The position numbers were made by a program, and so were the translations under genes. A DNA stretch of 31,536 bases from the NCBI GenBank assembly GCA_025363325.1, contig JANYEF010000144.1:1-31536 (forward strand). Reading direction: 5' to 3'. The notes under the pieces were generated by a model. The model had not been told where the DNA came from. It was given only the letters and a program-made list of their open reading frames with translations, and did no database searches. The stretch is from Nitrospira sp. Its GTDB lineage: Bacteria; Nitrospirota; Nitrospiria; Nitrospirales; Nitrospiraceae. The first letter of the stretch is position 1. The number at the start of each line of letters is the position of its first letter. Below, piece by piece: positions 8,617-16,880 of the stretch.

Positions 8617-9723
8617 ATGGGTCACGAAAAAGACGCCTTCCCATCGCGCACCGCCCCCACGAACCTCCTGGCCCTTGATGAAGAAGGGATGGGCCGGTTC
8701 GTGCAACAATTCGGATGGCCCCGCTACCGAGCCGGTCAGATTTTACGCTGGCTCTATCAACGTCGAGCCAAAGACATCAACCAGATGACGGACCTCGGCC
8801 AAGCGGAGCGAACGGCACTGGCTTCACTGGCAACGATTCCGCGCGCCGCCGGTTGCACGGTCTTCCGTTCGATCGATCACACGAGAAAATTAGTACTTAT
8901 GCTCAACGATGGGCTCACTGTCGAAACGGTGTTGATCCCCGATGAAGACCGTTTGACGCTTTGTGTGTCGACACAGGTCGGCTGTACCTTGGATTGCGGA
9001 TTCTGCCTGACCGGCACGATGGGATTGAAACGCAACTTGAAACCCCATGAAGTCATGGAGCAGGTGCTGACTGCCCATGATCGCCTCGACCCCGGTGAAC
9101 GAATTACCAACCTCGTCTTCATGGGAATGGGCGAGCCCTTGGCCAACATGGAGACCTTATCAGAGGCCATTCGGCGACTCACCAATAAACCATGGGGGCT
9201 CGGATGGTCGCCAAGACGCATCACAGTCTCGACTGCCGGCCTGGCAGCGCGCCTGAAAGATATCGCGCCACTCGGCGTCAATCTGGCTATCTCGCTGAAT
9301 GCCACGACGGACGCCCAGCGCGCCAGCCTGATGCCAGCCGTCAATGGTATCGCCTCGCTCAAAACATTGCTCGCCGCCTGCCGCCGTTACCCTTTACCGC
9401 CAACCCGACGACTCACCTTCGAGTACGTGCTGCTGGCCGGGGTGAATGATCACGTCGACGATGCTCGCCGGCTCACCAAGCTCGTCCGCGGGATTGCATG
9501 TAAAATCAATCTGATCCCGTTCAATGAATTTCCCGGGAGTCCCTTTCTCCGTCCATCGAAGAGCGACATTTCAGCCTTTCAAGCCATCGTGCGGCAGGCA
9601 GGCCTCGATGTGTTTGTCCGTAAGAGTCGGGGGCGCGACGTCCTCGGCGCCTGCGGCCAATTGGGCAATCTCTCACCCGAATACGTAGAACGTGCCTTGA
9701 CACAAATCGAATCCCGTTGCTAG
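8617..9723 (+). CDS. rlmN: Dual-specificity 23S rRNA/tRNA m2A methyltransferase RlmN (radical SAM)
   Basis: TLCVSTQVGCTLDCGFC (CxxxCxxC plus the upstream Cys), FMGMGEP, ISLNA, FEYVLL, NLIPFN and GACGQL (second catalytic Cys). Confidence 0.96.
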   Translation: MGHEKDAFPSRTAPTNLLALDEEGMGRFVQQFGWPRYRAGQILRWLYQRRAKDINQMTDLGQAERTALASLATIPRAAGCTVFRSIDHTRKLVLMLNDGLTVETVLIPDEDRLTLCVSTQVGCTLDCGFCLTGTMGLKRNLKPHEVMEQVLTAHDRLDPGERITNLVFMGMGEPLANMETLSEAIRRLTNKPWGLGWSPRRITVSTAGLAARLKDIAPLGVNLAISLNATTDAQRASLMPAVNGIASLKTLLAACRRYPLPPTRRLTFEYVLLAGVNDHVDDARRLTKLVRGIACKINLIPFNEFPGSPFLRPSKSDISAFQAIVRQAGLDVFVRKSRGRDVLGACGQLGNLSPEYVERALTQIESRC

Positions 9724-9726
9724 CAT
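9697..9726 (+). promoter_or_regulatory. Putative promoter in the rlmN 3' end driving the M16 pair
   Basis: TTGACA (9697-9702), 18 nt, TAGCAT (9721-9726), preceded by TG-n (extended -10). Confidence 0.5.
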
Positions 9727-9748
9727 ACAGTGTGCGCACCGCCCAAAC

Positions 9749-11134
9749 ATGACCTGGCTGTCTTCTCGACACATCATGCAAATATTCCGGTTTATTGCCG
9801 CGAGCACTCTCGTCTTCGCCTTCACCTCGCCTGCCGTCGCAACGGAACCTCGTGAGTTCATCCTCTCCAATGGGATGAAAGTCCTGTTAGTCGAAGTTCC
9901 CAAAGCTCCGGTTGCCACAGTCCAAGTCTGGTATAAAGTCGGCTCACGCAACGAAGTCATGGGCCGTGCGGGCCTCTCTCACATGCTGGAACATATGATG
10001 TTCAAGGGCACCGTCAAATACCCGAAAGGCACCTTCTCCCGTCTCATTCGCAAGAACGGAGGAATGGACAACGCCTTCACGAGCCAAGACTTCACCGCGT
10101 ACTTCGAGAATCTTGCAGCCGACCGCGTCGAGCTGGCACTGGAGCTCGAAGCCGATCGCATGCAAGGGCTTGTGCTCGATATGAGTGAATTGACGACGGA
10201 ACGAGAAGTCGTGAAGGAAGAACGCCGCCTTCGCACGGAAGACGACCCACAAGGTGCGCTCGTCGAGGCGCTCTTCGCCCAGGCCTATCTCAGCCATCCG
10301 TACCATTGGCCAGTCATCGGCTGGTTCGGCGACCTGGATGCGATGACCCTGGACGACTTGCAACGACACTACGACACGTATTACTCACCCAACAATGCGA
10401 CCCTCGTCGTGGTGGGCGACATCAAAGCCGACACTTTGCTCCTCACGATCAAACAGCTGTTCGAACCGATTCCGCGAGGACCGGAGCCCAAGCCGATCGC
10501 CACCATGGAATCGGAACAAAAAGGTGAGCGCCGCTTCCTCCTCAAGCGAGATGCCCAAGTCCCTTTCGTCATCATGGGCTATCGCGTGCCGAATTTTGCG
10601 AGCGAAGACTCGTACGCGCTCGATATTCTGGATTCGATTCTCTCGCATGGGAAAAGTTCACGCCTGTACCAAAGCCTCGTCTACGAGCAACAATCGGCGC
10701 TTGCAGTCGGAGCGGAATACAGCTTGCTGCAGACAGATCCTGGCCTTTTCTACTTCTATGCCCTCGTGAGCCCCGGCCAGAAACCCGAGGTGGTCGAGGA
10801 TGCCCTTCATCGAGAGATCAAACGCCTCCAAGCCGATCTGCCGACAGAGCAAGAACTCCAACGGGCGAAGAACCAAGTCGAAGCGACCCATGTCTTCGAA
10901 CAGGACTCCAACTTCCGGCGTGCCATGTTGCTAGGACAGGCTGAATCCATCGGCGCTGGGTGGCGGAAAATTGACCAGTTTGTCGAACGGATCCGGGCAG
11001 TGACGACCAAAGACATTCAGCGTGTCGCCCGCCAATACTTGACTGAAGATAATCGAACCGTCGGCACCTTGATTCCTGTGCCTCCTAAACAAGCAGAGGC
11101 GCCCTCCACCGCCGCGCAGCAGGGAAGACCCTAA
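9749..11134 (+). CDS. M16B zinc peptidase, catalytic subunit
   Basis: Inverted zinc motif HMLEH, NAFTS, downstream EREVVKEE, HPYHWPVIG and YYSPNNATLVVVGD; signal-peptide-like N-terminus. Confidence 0.93.
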   Translation: MTWLSSRHIMQIFRFIAASTLVFAFTSPAVATEPREFILSNGMKVLLVEVPKAPVATVQVWYKVGSRNEVMGRAGLSHMLEHMMFKGTVKYPKGTFSRLIRKNGGMDNAFTSQDFTAYFENLAADRVELALELEADRMQGLVLDMSELTTEREVVKEERRLRTEDDPQGALVEALFAQAYLSHPYHWPVIGWFGDLDAMTLDDLQRHYDTYYSPNNATLVVVGDIKADTLLLTIKQLFEPIPRGPEPKPIATMESEQKGERRFLLKRDAQVPFVIMGYRVPNFASEDSYALDILDSILSHGKSSRLYQSLVYEQQSALAVGAEYSLLQTDPGLFYFYALVSPGQKPEVVEDALHREIKRLQADLPTEQELQRAKNQVEATHVFEQDSNFRRAMLLGQAESIGAGWRKIDQFVERIRAVTTKDIQRVARQYLTEDNRTVGTLIPVPPKQAEAPSTAAQQGRP

Positions 11135-11136
11135 TC

Positions 11137-12507
11137 ATGCCGGCGACGACACGACACCCCATCGCACCTCGACGACAGGCGATTCTGACCCTTGTGATAG
11201 GATGCTGTGCCTTCCTCCTCTTGGCGAGCGGCTCCAGTGCGGCGGCAGAGATCGCGCCGATGAAATTTGTGACCGCAAACGGCATCACGGTGCTCGTCCT
11301 TGAGCAACATTTCCTCCCCATCGTTGAGATCCACACGCTGATCAAGACCGGCTCTGTGCAAGATCCTTCCGACAAAGCAGGACTTGCGAACCTCGTCGCC
11401 AGTCTTCTGGACGAAGGGACGACCACGCGCACGTCAAAACAGCTGGCGGAGCAAATCGATTTCGTCGGTGGGGCACTGGAAGCCAAAGCCTCAGAGGATT
11501 TCACCACCGCCTCCGCCCGCGTGCTCAAGAAAGATATCGACCTCGGCTTTATCCTGCTCGCGGACATGTTGCAACACCCCGCGTTTCAAAAGCAGGAATT
11601 CGAACGAATTCGTACCCAACTCCTGGGCGAGATGGCGAGCGACAACGACGACCCGGGTCATATCGCCATGCAGGCGTTCAATCAGATCGTCTTCCATGGA
11701 CACCCCTACCGGTGGCCCGTCAATGGAACGGAGGACACGCTCAACAAAATCACCTTGGCCGATGTGCAGGCCTTCTATGGCCGGGAATATTCCCCTTCCC
11801 AGGTCATCCTGACCATCGTCGGCGACGTCACGATTGAGCAAGCCACGGCACTGGTACAGACCCATTTTGGAACCTGGAAAAAAGGGACCGCGCCAGCACG
11901 GAGTACGAAAAAGCCCTCACCGGTCGAACGAAGAACGGTCCAACTCATCGAGAAAGATCTCACCCAATCCACCATTGTTATTGGTCATGGCGGCCTTCCG
12001 CGCGCTCACCCGGACTTCTATTCAGTCACGGTGATGAATTACATCCTGGGGGCCGGTGGATTTTCCTCTCGCTTGATGGACTCGATTCGCGACAAACAGG
12101 GGTTGGCCTATGGGATTATGAGTCACTTCGACGCCCGGCTGATGCCTGGTTCATTCTGGGTCAACCTCCAAACCAAAACGGAGACGACGAACCAAGCCAT
12201 CACCGGCGTCCTGTCTGAGATCAAGTCCATTCGTGACGCGCCAGTGTCCGACCAGGAGTTGGCCGAGGCCAAGTCGTTCTTGATCGGTAGCTTCCCGCTA
12301 CGATTTGATTCTACCGCGAAGCTCGCGCAGGTACTCGCCCAAGTGGAGTTCTACGGCCTAGGGTTCGAATACTTTTCGGACTACCCAAAATGGATAGACC
12401 GGGTTACGAAGGAAGATGCTCAGCGCGTCGCCAAGCAGTACCTGGACCCCAAGCGGTACGCCTTAGTGGTGGTGGGCAACATCGCCAAAGCGAAGGTCAA
12501 ATACTAG
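11137..12507 (+). CDS. M16B peptidase partner subunit lacking HxxEH
   Basis: M16 fold motifs (GS..DP..KAGLANL, HPYRWP, TIVGD), with NLVAS where HxxEH would be. Has GGFSSRL..IRDKQGLAY (R/Y pair). Starts 3 nt after the upstream stop; signal peptide. Confidence 0.9.
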   Translation: MPATTRHPIAPRRQAILTLVIGCCAFLLLASGSSAAAEIAPMKFVTANGITVLVLEQHFLPIVEIHTLIKTGSVQDPSDKAGLANLVASLLDEGTTTRTSKQLAEQIDFVGGALEAKASEDFTTASARVLKKDIDLGFILLADMLQHPAFQKQEFERIRTQLLGEMASDNDDPGHIAMQAFNQIVFHGHPYRWPVNGTEDTLNKITLADVQAFYGREYSPSQVILTIVGDVTIEQATALVQTHFGTWKKGTAPARSTKKPSPVERRTVQLIEKDLTQSTIVIGHGGLPRAHPDFYSVTVMNYILGAGGFSSRLMDSIRDKQGLAYGIMSHFDARLMPGSFWVNLQTKTETTNQAITGVLSEIKSIRDAPVSDQELAEAKSFLIGSFPLRFDSTAKLAQVLAQVEFYGLGFEYFSDYPKWIDRVTKEDAQRVAKQYLDPKRYALVVVGNIAKAKVKY

Positions 12508-12540
12508 TCAACGGTATAGCAACTCCAAGGCCAGGAATCC

Positions 12541-13350
12541 ATGATGACCGAATCCCTCCACGGCAAACTCAACACACTCCGCCAGGTGATCTCGGATATG
12601 CAGTCCGTCCTGGTCGCCTTCTCCGGCGGGATTGACAGCACTGTCGTCCTGAAAATAGCCCATGAACAGCTCGGTGAACGCGCGCTAGGCATCACCGCTA
12701 TCTCGCCGACGTTTCCCACGATCGAACTCGACGGCGCGAAGCAGGTGGCCTCAGAGATCGGCGCGCGGCATGAACTGGTTCACACTGACCAACTCGAGAT
12801 TCCAGCCTTCGTGCAGAATGATGCAGCCCGCTGTTTCCATTGCAAAACTGACCTCTATCAATTGCTCGGCGGGCTACGCGAACCACGCGCGAGCCAGTGG
12901 GTTGTGGACGGGACGAATCTCGACGATCTCGGGGATGATCGACCAGGAATCAAAGCCGCACGCGAGTGGGGAGTTCGAAGCCCGCTGGTCGAAGCCTCCC
13001 TCTCGAAGTCCGATGTGCGGGCACTCGCCCAGTCCTTGGGACTCTCAAATTGGGATAAGCCGGCAGCCGCCTGCCTCTCTTCTAGAATTCCTCGCGGCAT
13101 ACCGATTACGATCGAAAGTCTTCGTCGCGTGGAGCAGGCTGAAGAGATTCTACAGGCTGAGGGATTTCGCCATGTGCGTGTGCGGGAGCACGGAGAAGTG
13201 GCTCGAATCGAGGTCGCAGCAGAGGAGTTTTCTCGGCTGAATCAGCCGAACCTACGCGCGCACATCAGCACCCGTCTCCGCAAGGTTGGATTCCGCTTCG
13301 TCTGTGTGGATTTGGAAGGATACAGATCGGGTGGGGTCAGCCTAGGCTGA
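12541..13350 (+). CDS. larE: ATP-dependent sulfur insertase LarE family (TIGR00268-like, PP-loop)
   Basis: PP-loop AFSGGIDS, RCFHCK, DGTNLDDLGDDRPG, WDKPAAACLSSRIP and VRVREHG..ARIE. Confidence 0.9.
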   Translation: MMTESLHGKLNTLRQVISDMQSVLVAFSGGIDSTVVLKIAHEQLGERALGITAISPTFPTIELDGAKQVASEIGARHELVHTDQLEIPAFVQNDAARCFHCKTDLYQLLGGLREPRASQWVVDGTNLDDLGDDRPGIKAAREWGVRSPLVEASLSKSDVRALAQSLGLSNWDKPAAACLSSRIPRGIPITIESLRRVEQAEEILQAEGFRHVRVREHGEVARIEVAAEEFSRLNQPNLRAHISTRLRKVGFRFVCVDLEGYRSGGVSLG

Positions 13351-13368
13351 CCCCACCCGATCCAGAAA

Positions 13369-13875
13369 TTATCGTTGGTAGGATTTTGACAAGGCCTCAA
13401 GCGCCTCGTCTGCAAATTGCCGGTGGTCCGCATCATTCAGACTTCGCTGCACGACTTTCTCCGCCACCATCAGGGCCAGATCGGTAGTTTGGGCGCGAAT
13501 GTCCTGAATCGCTTTGCGACGTTCATGATCGATTTCACGCGTCGCATCGCCCTTGATCCGCTCGGCTTCGGTCGTCAGCCGCTGCTCATTTTCCTCCATG
13601 AGCCGCTGCGCCCGTTCCTTTGCGGCAGCCAGAATTCCTTCTGCCTCTTTCGCAGCGGTGTTCAGCTTGGCCTCGTACTCCTTGAGTTTCCGTTCGGCCT
13701 CTGACCGATGACGCTCGGCTTGATCGAGACTGTCCTTAATTTTCTTTTCCCGGTCTTCAAGCGCGCCCAAGATGCCGGGAAAGGCAAACTTGTAGAGCAC
13801 GAACAAGAGAATCGCAAACGACAGGACTTCCCAGAAAATCAGGGAAGAGAAAAAGTCAGATTCAAACTGCGGCAT
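13369..13875 (-). CDS. atpF: F0F1 ATP synthase subunit b
   Basis: Single N-terminal TM helix (FWEVLSFAILLFVLYKFAFP), then R..KI..SL..AE and a long coiled coil; downstream of atpE. Confidence 0.93.
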   Translation of the reverse strand: MPQFESDFFSSLIFWEVLSFAILLFVLYKFAFPGILGALEDREKKIKDSLDQAERHRSEAERKLKEYEAKLNTAAKEAEGILAAAKERAQRLMEENEQRLTTEAERIKGDATREIDHERRKAIQDIRAQTTDLALMVAEKVVQRSLNDADHRQFADEALEALSKSYQR

Positions 13876-13889
13876 AGTTCATATCAGAA

Positions 13890-13942
13890 AGGCTGAGGTT
13901 GAGGCTGAGACGCTTCCCTCGGCCTGAACCTAGACCTAACCT
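13890..13942. repeat. 6-bp-periodic imperfect palindrome between atpE and atpF
   Basis: AGGCTG-AGGTTG-AGGCTG-AG, spacer ACGCTTCC, then CTC-GGCCTG-AACCTA-GACCTA-ACCT, roughly the reverse complement. Confidence 0.55.
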
Positions 13943-13946
13943 GCTC

Positions 13947-14177
13947 CTATTTGCGGAGGCCCATGATGATGAAGGCAATGACCAGGCCGTACAGCGCGAT
14001 GGCTTCCACCAGCGCAAACCCGATCCACATATACTTTCCGACGCGGGCCTCTGCTTCCGGCTGGCGCGCCACTGCTTCAATCATCTTCCCGAAGATGTAG
14101 CCGATCCCCACACCAGCTCCGGCAAACCCTGCCGCCGCCAACCCCATGCCCAATAATGCTGCTGCTGCTGAATCCAT
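13947..14177 (-). CDS. atpE: F0F1 ATP synthase subunit c
   Basis: GAGVGIG glycine motif, RQP loop and ion-binding Glu in FALVEAIALY; GGAG RBS. Confidence 0.96.
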   Translation of the reverse strand: MDSAAAALLGMGLAAAGFAGAGVGIGYIFGKMIEAVARQPEAEARVGKYMWIGFALVEAIALYGLVIAFIIMGLRK

Positions 14178-14213
14178 TGTGTCCTACTCCTCCCTTGTCT
14201 GAACTTGCACGCG

Positions 14214-14963
14214 CTAGTGCGCGTGCTCATCGTGGCCGTGTAAGTGGAATGCGTCTCCCAAATAGACGCAGGTCAACATGGTGAAAATATAGGCTTGAAT
14301 GAACGCGATACCGACTTCCAGTCCGTTCATCGCGATCGTAAATGCAAAGGGCAACCACCCAATCAACAATCCGCTGCTGATGGCCAAGCCGAAAAGAACC
14401 CCGAGAATCACGTGGCCGGCCGTCATATTCGCAAACAACCGAACGGCCAACGAAATGGGCCGGGCCAATTGACTGATCAACTCGATTGGGATCATCAACG
14501 GCAGTAGCCAGGCCGGCGAGCCTGGCGGAACGAGAATGCCCAGGAACTTCACCCCGTGTAACAAAAATCCCATGACCAGGCTCAACCCATACACTAGGCA
14601 GGCGAACACGGCTGTCACAACAATCTGACTCGTCACGGTGTAGCTGCCTGGAATCAACCCGATAAGATTGCAGAAGAGAATAAATAGAAAGAGGGTGGCG
14701 ATGAGGGGGAAAAACCGCATCCCCTCTTTGCCCATCGTATCGATAATCATGCCGCGAATAAAATCCACGATTATCTCGGCCATGTTCTGCAACTTACCAG
14801 GCACCAGCTTGCGTGCCGATCCTGCCATCACCATGAGCACCGCCACCAGGGAGACGACCACCCACATGATGACGACGGCTTTATTAATGGAAATATCCAA
14901 TCCGCCAAGTGAAATCGGTATCCAGTTGTGAAGCTCGAACGGATGAAGCGGACTTTCTTCCAT
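14214..14963 (-). CDS. atpB: F0F1 ATP synthase subunit a
   Basis: ISLAVRLFANMTAGH with the essential Arg, and E.GIAFIQAYIF; multi-TM. ATG at 14963 preferred over the GTG at 15008, which overlaps the upstream gene. Confidence 0.95.
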   Translation of the reverse strand: MEESPLHPFELHNWIPISLGGLDISINKAVVIMWVVVSLVAVLMVMAGSARKLVPGKLQNMAEIIVDFIRGMIIDTMGKEGMRFFPLIATLFLFILFCNLIGLIPGSYTVTSQIVVTAVFACLVYGLSLVMGFLLHGVKFLGILVPPGSPAWLLPLMIPIELISQLARPISLAVRLFANMTAGHVILGVLFGLAISSGLLIGWLPFAFTIAMNGLEVGIAFIQAYIFTMLTCVYLGDAFHLHGHDEHAH

Positions 14964-14992
14964 GGCGTTTTCGTACTTTCTATTGAAACGCG

Positions 14993-15214
14993 TTATGTCT
15001 TCGGCCACCGCTGCGCCGACCGGTACGCATTCCTGATCCCGGTCACGACGCCCAACACCAGACCTCCGACCATCCCCCAGGGAGTGGAGTCGAAAAGGTA
15101 TGTGTCACACAACCAGCCCAGCCCTCCTCCGACAATCAGCGCAGCGAGCAGATCGGTTCCGATCCGGGCCGCTTGGCCAAGCCCCGCGTACAATGGATCG
15201 TGTGAAGGAGGCAT
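14993..15214 (-). CDS. AtpZ/AtpI family F0-associated protein
   Basis: Two TM helices with the GxxLGWxxD...PWG..GLVLG pattern; first gene of the F0 operon. Confidence 0.8.
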   Translation of the reverse strand: MPPSHDPLYAGLGQAARIGTDLLAALIVGGGLGWLCDTYLFDSTPWGMVGGLVLGVVTGIRNAYRSAQRWPKT

Positions 15215-15393
15215 GTCGTACCCACGGAGGAGAGTGCACTGCAGCCGATACCGCAAGGACTCTGCCGATGGCGGGCGCGCAATTCAAGCAGAATCATCCT
15301 AAATTTGTCAAGCAGACCATGCGCTGTGACACAGCAGAACCAGTCGGGTATAGTGAGTGGCGCGTATAGGTGTAGAGCAATACTCGTTCACCC

Positions 15394-16878
15394 ATGACTC
15401 GTTTCTCCCAGCCATCATTCCTGATCGGTCCCCCACAACCTCTGGTCCTCACGATGGACGGCCAAGGGAGGACACCCTTTGAGCTGTACCGCCTGATTGC
15501 GTCTCCCACGCAACCATCGTTCCTACTCGACAGCGGGAAGGGAACAAGCGTCGGAGGCCACTATTCTTTTTTAGGGAGTGGCCCCTTCTCGATGCTAACT
15601 GGACGACAAGGATTGGCCTCCATTCGAACCCACGAAGGACGAGAATACTTGTCGAAAGATCCCTTCGGTAGCCTCTGCCGACTATTCGCTGGTCCCCAGA
15701 TCGAGGCTCCTCCAGGCCTACCCCCTTTTTGGGGCGGAGCCGTCGGCTACCTCAGCTACGACCTCGTGCGCGACTTTGAAACGCTTCCTTCCATTGCGAC
15801 GGACGATCTGCGGCTCCCCGATCTTCAATTCGGTCTGTATGACATTATCACCGCCGTCGATCATCAGACCAATCACTTGCAAATTATCTTTTGTCCACCC
15901 CTCGAACGGTTTCTAGGAGAGCCCCGAGAGGAGCTCTATCGCGAAGGCTTAAACCGGCTGGCCGAGTGGGAGGCCAAGTTGAGCGGAAGGCCCGCTTCCC
16001 CCAAGAACCTCCCCGCCCTCGATCAGATGGCCTTTTACCCGGACCAAACGCGGGATGCCTACCTCGATCGAGTCCGGCGCTGCCAGGAGTACATTGCGGC
16101 AGGGGACATCTACCAGGCCAATCTCTCACATCGATTCACCCTGCAACCTCCCAGTGCTTATATCGATGGCGCAGATCGACTGCCCTACGAGTTGGAACTC
16201 TATCGACGTCTCCAAGACGTGAACCCCTCGCCTTTTTCAGGACTCATGCACTTCGACGATGTCACGTTGATTAGCTCCTCGCCCGAACGGCTAGTCCGCC
16301 TTCACAACCGCCAAGCGGATACGCGCCCGATTGCCGGGACCAGACCGCGCGGGCTTGACGTTCGTGACGATCAACGCCTCATCGACGAATTACTCGCCAA
16401 TGAAAAAGAGCGGGCGGAACATCTCATGCTCGTCGATCTCGAACGGAACGACCTGGGCCGCGTCTGCCAATTCGGCAGCGTGCAGGTCAATGAATTCATG
16501 GCGATTGAACAGTACTCCCACGTCAGCCACATCGTGTCCAACATCAGCGGCGCTTTGAAACCGAACGCCACGCCCTTCGATCTGATTCAGGCGCTATTTC
16601 CTGGGGGCACCATCACGGGCGTGCCAAAGATCCGCTGCATGGAGATTATTGAGGAGCTGGAGCCGGTACGCCGTGGCCCCTATACCGGATCATTCGGTTA
16701 CATCGGCTGGAACGGCGACCTCGATCTCAATATCGTGATTCGAACTTTGGTATGGTGCCAAGGGAAGGGATACTTGCAGGTCGGTGCCGGGATTGTCGCC
16801 GACTCCGACCCGGCCAAGGAATACGAGGAGACGCTCCAGAAGGCCCAGGCTTTCTTCAGCGCACTGCAACAGAGGTAA
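15394..16878 (+). CDS. pabB: Aminodeoxychorismate synthase component I / anthranilate synthase component I family
   Basis: GGAVGYLSYD, IAAGDIYQANLS, NPSPF, SSSPE, TRPIAGTRPRG, KERAEHLMLVDLERNDLG, FPGGTITGVPK and GAGIVADS. PabB rather than TrpE is inferred from the adjacent class IV aminotransferase and the FPGG motif. Confidence 0.82.
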   Translation: MTRFSQPSFLIGPPQPLVLTMDGQGRTPFELYRLIASPTQPSFLLDSGKGTSVGGHYSFLGSGPFSMLTGRQGLASIRTHEGREYLSKDPFGSLCRLFAGPQIEAPPGLPPFWGGAVGYLSYDLVRDFETLPSIATDDLRLPDLQFGLYDIITAVDHQTNHLQIIFCPPLERFLGEPREELYREGLNRLAEWEAKLSGRPASPKNLPALDQMAFYPDQTRDAYLDRVRRCQEYIAAGDIYQANLSHRFTLQPPSAYIDGADRLPYELELYRRLQDVNPSPFSGLMHFDDVTLISSSPERLVRLHNRQADTRPIAGTRPRGLDVRDDQRLIDELLANEKERAEHLMLVDLERNDLGRVCQFGSVQVNEFMAIEQYSHVSHIVSNISGALKPNATPFDLIQALFPGGTITGVPKIRCMEIIEELEPVRRGPYTGSFGYIGWNGDLDLNIVIRTLVWCQGKGYLQVGAGIVADSDPAKEYEETLQKAQAFFSALQQR

Positions 16879-16880
16879 CA

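Noticed and set aside
8617-12507. Radical SAM enzyme plus M16 peptidase pair as a PQQ/RiPP-like biosynthetic cluster
   Set aside because: The radical SAM protein has every RlmN hallmark (MGMGEP, both extra Cys) and no SPASM domain. No precursor peptide is seen, and the peptidases have their own promoter and signal peptides.
13947-14177. Na+-translocating or N-type ATPase
   Set aside because: Subunit c lacks the Gln and Ser/Thr Na+ ligands, and the gene order is not the N-ATPase atpDCQRBEFAG order.
15289-15312. Promoter for the F0 operon (TTGACA at 15312-15307 on the minus strand)
   Set aside because: No acceptable -10 box at 16-18 nt spacing (best candidate TTGAAT), so it is not listed as a feature.
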